From contig NC_010546.1 of assembly GCF_000017845.1 (NCBI RefSeq), forward strand, positions 420,001 to 452,000: a stretch of DNA of 32,000 bases, read 5' to 3'. Source of the stretch: Crocosphaera subtropica ATCC 51142. GTDB taxonomy: Bacteria; Cyanobacteriota; Cyanobacteriia; Cyanobacteriales; Microcystaceae. Numbering within the stretch: position 1 is the first letter of the stretch; the number at the start of each line of letters is the position of its first letter. Below, piece after piece: positions 26,181 through 32,000 of the stretch. The translations under genes were made by a program, and so were the position numbers. The notes under the pieces were generated by a model. That model was not told where the DNA came from and searched no databases. It worked only from the letters and a program-made list of their open reading frames with translations.

Positions 26181-27311
26181 TGCCATTAACATCACCCGAA
26201 ACCCAATTTGACTAACCCCAACTGCTTGAGGATGATAGGCATAACGGGAAGCACAACGACAATGATAAGCATCTTCGTCCCAGGAACCTCCTCTTAAAAC
26301 ACGACGAGTTTCCTGTTGAGACGATGAGCGGGGTTTTCCTGAAGTAGAAGCGTTATCATAGCTAGAATACCAAGCATCAGCGCACCATTCCCAAACGTTA
26401 CCATGTAAATCATATAACCCGAATCCATTGGGATAAAATGCGCTTACCGATGTGGTTTCTTGACGATAAAGACTAGAACTTTCCCCTGCATACAAACGTT
26501 TCGCCATATAATTAGCCAAATCCCCCGTTAACGTCGGTCCAAAATAAAATGGACTGGTGGTTTCTCCACGACAGGCGTATTCCCATTGTGCCTCACTAGG
26601 CAGTTGATAGGGGCGTTGGGTGTATTGAGAGAGGCGATCGCAAAATTCCACTGCATCTTCCCAGGAAAGAGACTCTACCGGGCGATCGCTTCCCTTGAAA
26701 CAAGAAGGGTCAACGCCTAAATCTCGGTTAACTTTGGGATATTGAGCGACAATTTCCCATTGCTTTTGGGTGATAGGAAATTTTCCCAAGAAAAACCCTT
26801 CTAAGGTTACAGTATGCTGGGGTTGCTCACATACTTGAGATCCTGGTTCATCAGAAGTTGAACCCATCACAAAGGTTCCCCCAGGAATGTAGATCATTTC
26901 TAAGATGATCCCGTCTCCCAACTCTTCTTTAAAACATTGAGACTCACCCTTAAGCCGTTTTAAAATGGTTCCTGTTTCATCGATAATTGGCCTTTCAAAG
27001 AAAAATTCTTGTAGAGGAGGGGTTTTAAAGGATAAGGTAGGTTGAGACTTTTTCTCTTTCTCTTTAGTCTGAATCACATTAGAAGATTTATCGAGGGTGG
27101 GAGAAGATTCTAAACGTTCAAGCCGTTTTTCAACATTTACCAGTCTTTCTTCAATTGAAGAAGATGGTTTTTCTTTTTCATCTGTTTCTAGATATTGAGA
27201 TAAAGCTTGAGTGATTACCTTAGACTTAGGAAGACCAACAGCATTAGTATGAGCTAATAATTTTTCGTATAATTTCGGCGGTATTCTCACACTAACCTGA
27301 ATATTACTCAT
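26169..27311 (-). CDS. Ribbon-helix-helix domain fused to an FGE-sulfatase (SUMF1/EgtB/PvdO-type) domain
   Basis: 380 aa. N-terminus MSNIQVSVRIPPKLYEKLLAHTNAVGLPKSKVITQALSQYLE has the beta-alpha-alpha RHH pattern. A short coiled segment follows (IEERLVNVEKRLERLE). From about residue 135 the FGE-sulfatase motifs appear: LEMIYIPGGTFVMGS, QPQHTVTLEGFFLGKFPITQKQW, PVESLSWEDAVEFC, LPSEAQWEYACRG, YDLHGNVWEWC and LRGGSW. Confidence 0.85.
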   Translation of the reverse strand: MSNIQVSVRIPPKLYEKLLAHTNAVGLPKSKVITQALSQYLETDEKEKPSSSIEERLVNVEKRLERLESSPTLDKSSNVIQTKEKEKKSQPTLSFKTPPLQEFFFERPIIDETGTILKRLKGESQCFKEELGDGIILEMIYIPGGTFVMGSTSDEPGSQVCEQPQHTVTLEGFFLGKFPITQKQWEIVAQYPKVNRDLGVDPSCFKGSDRPVESLSWEDAVEFCDRLSQYTQRPYQLPSEAQWEYACRGETTSPFYFGPTLTGDLANYMAKRLYAGESSSLYRQETTSVSAFYPNGFGLYDLHGNVWEWCADAWYSSYDNASTSGKPRSSSQQETRRVLRGGSWDEDAYHCRCASRYAYHPQAVGVSQIGFRVMLMASGQ

Positions 27312-27330
27312 AAGAATGAAGAGAAAGACT

Positions 27331-27350
27331 TAACAATTAACGATAACGAT
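27331..27350 (-). promoter_or_regulatory. Tandem heptamer array upstream of the RHH-FGE gene (operator candidate)
   Basis: The plus strand reads TAACAAT TAACGAT AACGAT. The minus strand reads ATCGTT ATCGTTA ATTGTTA. It lies 20-39 nt upstream of the ATG at 27311. RHH proteins typically bind short tandem or inverted repeats. No binding data. Confidence 0.25.
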
Positions 27351-27493
27351 CTGCAAGCATAACAAATTTTACTCAATTTTCACAATCATTTTTCTTTTCT
27401 TAATGTCAGTTGAGAGAATAGACTCTAAGTTGAATACGATTTGACCAACTTAATGATAGAATCTCTGAGACTTTATCCCCAAAATGCTAAGCC

Positions 27494-28441
27494 ATGATCC
27501 AACTGAAACCCCGAACCCTCAGACTATTTCATCTTATGACCTTGAGTAGTGGGTTAATTTTCCTCTTATCTTCGGTTACCCTTGCTCAAGGGGACACTTC
27601 TGATCATGCGATCGCTAAATTTAATTGGTTTAAAGCCATTATTTTGGGCATGGTACAGGGGTTAACGGAATTTTTACCTATTAGTAGCACAGCCCATTTA
27701 AAGGTGGTTCCTGTGGCGTTAGGATGGGGTGATCCGGGGGTTGCTTTTACGGCAGTGATTCAATTAGGTAGTATTGCTGCAGTGTTGTGGTATTTTTGGT
27801 CAGATTTAAGTCAAATTACCAGAGGCATGATCAAAGCCATTCGTTATTCTGATTATGAATCCCATGATTTTCGTTTAGGGGTGGGTATTGCTTTAGGAAC
27901 GTTACCGATTGTCTTTTTTGGTTTATTAATGAAACTATTAATTACTGATTTAGATAATTCACCGTTGCGTAGTATTGGAGTTATTGCTGGTGCTTCTATT
28001 TTCATGGCATTATTGTTAGCTTTATCGGAAAAGATCAGCACCCACAAACGCAGTTTTGAGGAATTAAGTTGGCAAGACGGACTGTTAATGGGGTTAGCTC
28101 AATCCTTAGCTTTAATTCCTGGGGTATCTCGTTCAGGATCAACCATAACCTCTGGTTTATTTCTTAATTTAGAACGAGCGACAGCAGCTAGATTTTCTTT
28201 TTTATTAGGCATTCCAGCCATTACTTTAGCCGGGTTAGTGGAGTTAAAAGAAGTGTTTGATGTGGGACTTTCTAATGATATTATTGTTCCACTCATTGTC
28301 GGGGTTATTTCTTCTGCTATCTTTTCTTATTTAGCGATCGCTTGGTTAATTCGTTATTTACAAAAACAAGATACTTGGATTTTTGTTTGGTACCGTTTAG
28401 GGTTTGGTTTATTTATTTTAGGTTCTATGTTTTTCAATTAA
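27494..28441 (+). CDS. uppP: Undecaprenyl-diphosphate phosphatase
   Basis: 315 aa. Motifs GLTEFLPISSTAHL and PGVSRSGSTITSG, with multiple TM helices. There is about a 40-aa N-terminal extension containing a signal-peptide-like helix (LSSGLIFLLSSVTLAQG). An internal ATG at codon 15 is an alternative start. Confidence 0.92.
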   Translation: MIQLKPRTLRLFHLMTLSSGLIFLLSSVTLAQGDTSDHAIAKFNWFKAIILGMVQGLTEFLPISSTAHLKVVPVALGWGDPGVAFTAVIQLGSIAAVLWYFWSDLSQITRGMIKAIRYSDYESHDFRLGVGIALGTLPIVFFGLLMKLLITDLDNSPLRSIGVIAGASIFMALLLALSEKISTHKRSFEELSWQDGLLMGLAQSLALIPGVSRSGSTITSGLFLNLERATAARFSFLLGIPAITLAGLVELKEVFDVGLSNDIIVPLIVGVISSAIFSYLAIAWLIRYLQKQDTWIFVWYRLGFGLFILGSMFFN

Positions 28442-28462
28442 TAACTTAACCCTAAAGCTTAA

Positions 28463-28495
28463 GGGGAGAATTTCTATACAGAAGCTTATCTCCCC
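28463..28495. terminator. Shared stem-loop between convergent uppP and thf1
   Basis: GGGGAGA (28463-28469) pairs with TCTCCCC (28489-28495). There is an inner TTCT/AGAA stem. T-rich sequence follows on both strands, but there is no clean T-run. Confidence 0.35.
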
Positions 28496-28535
28496 ACTAT
28501 TTACTATGTTTATTTATGGGTTAAAGATGAGCTAA

Positions 28536-29264
28536 TCAATTACTTGATTGTTGCTGTTCTTCATTTTCTTTGTGTTCTTTTTCTTCAACCACCTCTGGTT
28601 TTTTTTCGAGTTTTTGAGAGGCTCGTTTTTTACGATCAGCTTCTAAAGTATCTTCAATCACTGTTAATAATTGCTGCATTTTATCTAAATTGCTACGATA
28701 AAGATCGAGATCCTTTTGTAGTTTGTCTGAAGAAAATTGTAGAGCGTCAGAGACTTCTTTAATGGTTTGATTGCGCTTGTCTTCCTCTTTGACTAAGTCG
28801 GGATCAATTTCCATTAATAGTGTATATAACCCGACTCCAAAGAGGCGACTATATTTGAATTTAGGGTTTTGAGCGATCGCACCACAGGTTCCCCATAATA
28901 TCCCGTCTCCTCCTTCTTGGCCGAGTTTCTCTTTAAACTCAGTAATAGAGAGTCCTTTCGCTTCGTTTATTAAAGCTTCTGCTTCTTGATGGTATTGTTC
29001 ACTATTCCCATCTACTGCTTGACACAAGGCATTAAAAATAGACGTTTTATCGCTTTCGGGGCTATATCCCTGCATAAACCGTTCAAAGGAGGTAACCACC
29101 CCTAAAGCGTAGATGGGATCGTATTTAAAATCAACATTTACCGACAGTAGGTGCATTTCTACTAGCAATTCTTCCACAAACCGCCGATAAATCGAATTTA
29201 TGGGTCGGGTGTGATAACCATAAAATTTACGCTTGGTATCAGAAACTGTACGAATATTATCCAC
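28536..29264 (-). CDS. thf1: Thylakoid formation protein Thf1 / Psb29
   Basis: 242 aa. TVSDTKRKFYGYHTRPINSIYRRFVEELLVEMHLL and SRLFGVGLYTLL are Thf1 hallmarks. It has a charged Lys/Glu-rich C-terminal tail. Confidence 0.93.
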   Translation of the reverse strand: MDNIRTVSDTKRKFYGYHTRPINSIYRRFVEELLVEMHLLSVNVDFKYDPIYALGVVTSFERFMQGYSPESDKTSIFNALCQAVDGNSEQYHQEAEALINEAKGLSITEFKEKLGQEGGDGILWGTCGAIAQNPKFKYSRLFGVGLYTLLMEIDPDLVKEEDKRNQTIKEVSDALQFSSDKLQKDLDLYRSNLDKMQQLLTVIEDTLEADRKKRASQKLEKKPEVVEEKEHKENEEQQQSSN

Positions 29265-29355
29265 GAAGTAGAATTAAATTAATTTTCAATAGTAACTTCT
29301 ATCTATTGTCCCCTGTAAAGAGTCCTTTGCCAAGGGGGTTATTTTTAGAAAAGAG

Positions 29356-29396
29356 AGCAGAGGGCGCAGGGGAAGCAGGGAAAGCAGCGGAAGCAA
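29356..29396. repeat. Degenerate purine-rich short tandem repeat (GCAGRGGAA-like, 4-5 units)
   Basis: The sequence is AGCAGAGGGC GCAGGGGA AGCAGGGAA AGCAGCGGA AGCAAG. It lies between the DUF2993 stop (29436) and the thf1 start (29264). Confidence 0.6.
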
Positions 29397-29435
29397 GTCC
29401 CTACTATGTAAGACGTTGCTAACCTTTACGATTAA

Positions 29436-30143
29436 CTAGGGACGAATTAAGAGTTCTCCTTGACAGACTAATTTATCGGCATTGAGGTCGAAAGCATTAA
29501 TAGAAACATCTGAACCCAAGTCCACTGAAAAGGGTTTAATTTCGTGACTATTCAAGTCAGGAATTCCTTGTATCTCAACTTCAGATAATTGCAAGGTTTG
29601 GGGAGGAATGAGGGTTAATTTTGCTTTAATTTTTAGAGGATTTATTGTACCATTATGGGTCAAATTTCCTTGTAAAATAAAATAAGAATTATCGAGATAA
29701 GCTCCATGCCAATTAATTTCATAACTTTCTAATAAGTGAGAGGCTTCTGTAATGCCTTGATGTTCTAATAAAGTTTCTAATAATCCTTTAAACCCTTCTC
29801 CTAACAGAGCCGATGAAATAGACGCTTGTAAATTTTGATTCGTAATTGCCACGGCTCCTGATACCCGAATCGCCTCTAATAATTGTAGGGGTTTACCTCT
29901 TAAAACTTGTCCAATATTAATACGAATATTTTCTCCTTTTAATTGGATTTCTCCTAGGTGTAATCCTTGATAAATTGCTTGATTACTATTTAACATCACC
30001 CCAGAAACATGACCTTTTAGGATTTGGCGATCGCTTCCTTGAATGGACAGTTCTAGGGTTTCTACTTGCTCAACTTGGGAGCGTAACCAAAGCTGCATAG
30101 CAGGAGACAACACTTTACTGATAACACGGCTCATAATGACCAA
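29436..30143 (-). CDS. DUF2993 (LmeA-like) family protein
   Basis: 235 aa. The N-terminal string LRSQVEQVETLELSIQGSDRQILKGHVSGVMLNSNQAIYQGLHLGEIQLKGENIRINIGQVLRGKPLQLLEAIRVSG matches the DUF2993 pattern as I recall it. The ATG at 30134 is an alternative start. Confidence 0.75.
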   Translation of the reverse strand: MVIMSRVISKVLSPAMQLWLRSQVEQVETLELSIQGSDRQILKGHVSGVMLNSNQAIYQGLHLGEIQLKGENIRINIGQVLRGKPLQLLEAIRVSGAVAITNQNLQASISSALLGEGFKGLLETLLEHQGITEASHLLESYEINWHGAYLDNSYFILQGNLTHNGTINPLKIKAKLTLIPPQTLQLSEVEIQGIPDLNSHEIKPFSVDLGSDVSINAFDLNADKLVCQGELLIRP

Positions 30144-30238
30144 TCCTCACACAGATATTAAAATAACAAGATACAGTTCGGCTAATCTACGAATTATATA
30201 GCAATCACATTTTATCTTGAGTTTTCCATGATCCTAAT

Positions 30239-31999
30239 TTAAGATTTCTGAGCCTCTTCGATATGGAAACGTTCCACAGAAGCCAATAAATCACGGGAAA
30301 TTCCTACTAGATTTTGTAACGATCCTGCTACCCGTTGAGATTCTTGGGATGTTTCTTGTGCAGTTAATTCCACAGACTGCATAACTTGACTCACTGCCTT
30401 AGAATTTTCCTGTTGTTGAATGGTATCCCCTGTAATGGATCGCACTAAGGTATTAATGTGATTGGATACGTCAATAATATCTTCTAAAGAACGTTTCGCC
30501 TGTTCTGATTTATCCGTTACATCGATTACCTGCTGAATCCCTTCTTCCATTGCTGTCATTACCGAACCGGTTTCACTTTGAATTTGTAGTACGATTTGCT
30601 CAATTTCTTTCAATGATTTTGCCGAACGATCAGCTAACTGACGAACTTCATCAGCTACGATGGCAAAGCCTCGTCCTGCTTCTCCTGCTCTAGCTGCTTG
30701 AATTGACGCATTAAGAGCCAATAAGTTCGTTCTTGAAGCAATTTGAGAAATTAACGCTACAATCTTTGAGATTTCTTGAGATGCTTCCGCTAACCGTTTT
30801 ACTTTACGAGTGGTTTCTGATACCGTTTCTCGAATTTGCAGAATACCAGCTACTGTTCGCTCTACCGCTTCACCCCCTTTGAGAGCGGTTACGGAGGAGG
30901 TGTGGGCAACTTCTTCAGCTTCACGGGCGTTTTCTGCCACCCGTTGAATCGATTCAGTCATCACCTGTACCGAATTTAAGGTGACGGCTAATTCTTCTGC
31001 CATTCGCAGAGCATCACGGGAATTATTGCGAGCAAATAATTCACTATCCGTTGAACTTTTATTAACCTGTTTTGCAGTTCGTTTTACCTGGGCGACAATT
31101 TCCCGTAGATTGTGGATGGTTAAGTTAAAGGCATCTGCCACCGCCCCTAATACGTCAGCCGTTACCTCTGCTTCTACAGTTAAATCTCCCCTAGCAGCCC
31201 CCTCTACATCATCCAAAAGGCGAATCACTTGCCGTTGCAACTCTTCTCTCGCTTGTTCCATTTCTGCAGCCCGTTGTTGGGCTTCGCTGGTGGTGGTGAG
31301 GATAACACGGGATAATTGGTTAAAATTATAGGATAATTGCCCTAATTCATCTTCGGAGTAAATGGTGGCCTTTACATTGTAGTCACCCCCATACATTGAA
31401 CCAAACTGAGTCTGGAGATCCGCAATGGTGCGTTTTAGGTGGTAGGAAGCGATCAGGCCAAAAAACAGTGTTCCCCCAAATCCGACTAAACCCCCTGTTA
31501 AGGCTAGTAACAAGATAGGGTCACCAGATTTAGCTTGTTTCTTGTTGTTTGGAGTAGATGGAGATTGTTGAGAGGCCTGTCCAGTTGCTTGTAACGGGTT
31601 CGTATTGTTCTCAGACGTTTCTACCTTGTCTGCTGTGGATTTTTTATCCACCACTTTAGTCGATTCTGCTTGAGGAGAAATTAACCAAGCGAAGCCACTC
31701 ACCAGCAGAATAGCCACAAAAGAAACGATACCTGTGCTTCCGGCGGCCATCCACGGTTTTAAGTTTAAAGGTGCATTATGGAACCAACCTAAATAGCCTT
31801 GTTTTGCTTCAACAGTGGGTTTGATGACTTTAGTCTCACTATTGGACAAAGAACTATGGGCCATGTCATCAGATTTTACCCAATTAACAGTTTGTGATCC
31901 TTGTTCAGATAAAAGATCCCCCGTTTGTAAACCGAGACTACCACTGAGATCCTCGCTGGCTTGACTGAACAGATCAGAATCAGGTAACTGATCGCTCAT
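30239..31999 (-). CDS. Methyl-accepting chemotaxis protein, PilJ/HmpD-like (may be 5'-truncated by the window edge)
   Basis: At least 586 aa. The ORF stays open to within one base of the window end, so the ATG at 31999 is only a candidate start. It has two TM segments (about residues 84-107 and 161-186), HAMP-like helices, and the conserved MCP signalling hairpin [37 protein letters not shown]. Confidence 0.9.
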   Translation of the reverse strand: MSDQLPDSDLFSQASEDLSGSLGLQTGDLLSEQGSQTVNWVKSDDMAHSSLSNSETKVIKPTVEAKQGYLGWFHNAPLNLKPWMAAGSTGIVSFVAILLVSGFAWLISPQAESTKVVDKKSTADKVETSENNTNPLQATGQASQQSPSTPNNKKQAKSGDPILLLALTGGLVGFGGTLFFGLIASYHLKRTIADLQTQFGSMYGGDYNVKATIYSEDELGQLSYNFNQLSRVILTTTSEAQQRAAEMEQAREELQRQVIRLLDDVEGAARGDLTVEAEVTADVLGAVADAFNLTIHNLREIVAQVKRTAKQVNKSSTDSELFARNNSRDALRMAEELAVTLNSVQVMTESIQRVAENAREAEEVAHTSSVTALKGGEAVERTVAGILQIRETVSETTRKVKRLAEASQEISKIVALISQIASRTNLLALNASIQAARAGEAGRGFAIVADEVRQLADRSAKSLKEIEQIVLQIQSETGSVMTAMEEGIQQVIDVTDKSEQAKRSLEDIIDVSNHINTLVRSITGDTIQQQENSKAVSQVMQSVELTAQETSQESQRVAGSLQNLVGISRDLLASVERFHIEEAQKS

Positions 32000-32000
32000 C

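Noticed and set aside
27494-27620. The N-terminal ~40-aa extension of UppP as a possible fused domain or a mis-annotated upstream gene.
   Set aside because: It is only a single hydrophobic signal or anchor-like helix, in frame with no internal stop. It is most simply an extra TM helix or an over-extended start (alternative ATG at codon 15). This is not distinctive enough to report as a finding.
435-31331. Eighteen 60-142-aa ORFs in the six-frame track lie inside, or mostly inside, larger genes on the opposite strand or in another frame. They are 435-659, 2675-2917, 5048-5260, 5058-5270, 8610-8795, 9948-10136, 13387-13626, 13924-14352, 16731-16958, 19302-19493, 24268-24459, 24741-24923, 25492-25701, 25733-25975, 27853-28047, 28099-28296, 28544-28762 and 30981-31331.
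   Set aside because: Each overlaps a long ORF with unambiguous family motifs. Their translations are low-complexity and Arg/Ser/Cys-rich, which is typical of shadow frames. None has a recognisable motif or a ribosome-binding site. The 142-aa ORF antisense to kaiC and the 116-aa ORF antisense to the Ala-rich MCP are expected by-products of codon composition.
1-32000. Search for mobile elements, a genomic island, a defence island, a CRISPR array or a prophage.
   Set aside because: There are no transposase, integrase or recombinase ORFs, no long inverted or direct repeats, and no repeat-spacer arrays. HIP1 sites are spread across the whole window and gene content is housekeeping. All of this argues for a native core chromosome.

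Overview
This looks like a cyanobacterial chromosomal segment. It has at least 16 copies of the HIP1 octamer GCGATCGC, a full-length kaiA-kaiB-kaiC clock cluster, and thf1/psb29. The full-length KaiA points to a unicellular or non-heterocystous lineage, and the sequence looks AT-rich by eye. Coding density is high and every large ORF looks intact. I found no rRNA, tRNA, CRISPR array, transposase, integrase or prophage signature.

Gene content, left to right:
- RND efflux pair (adaptor plus AcrB-type permease)
- RqcH/NFACT-like protein
- two unassigned ORFs
- pilC, pilT and pilB (minus-strand operon)
- kaiC, kaiB and kaiA (minus strand, directly upstream of pilB)
- alpha/beta hydrolase and purN
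- PaO/Tic55-type Rieske oxygenase
- DUF120 (archaeal riboflavin-kinase-like) ORF, scpB and DUF760
- small membrane proteins
- a second PilT-family ATPase (pilT2-like), followed by an elongated KaiB-domain protein and a TMEM14-like protein
- an unassigned ORF and queA
- a ribbon-helix-helix/FGE-sulfatase fusion
- uppP, thf1 and DUF2993
- a PilJ/HmpD-like methyl-accepting protein that runs to the window edge

The most interesting signal is that Kai-clock modules sit next to type IV pilus motor ATPases twice in one window. kaiABC abuts pilB-pilT-pilC. Separately, a pilT2-like gene is paired with a 253-aa protein whose C-terminus is a KaiB domain. That domain lacks the two residues that gate KaiB fold switching.

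All family calls come from motif recognition by eye. No database search or structure prediction was possible, so the functional links are hypotheses.
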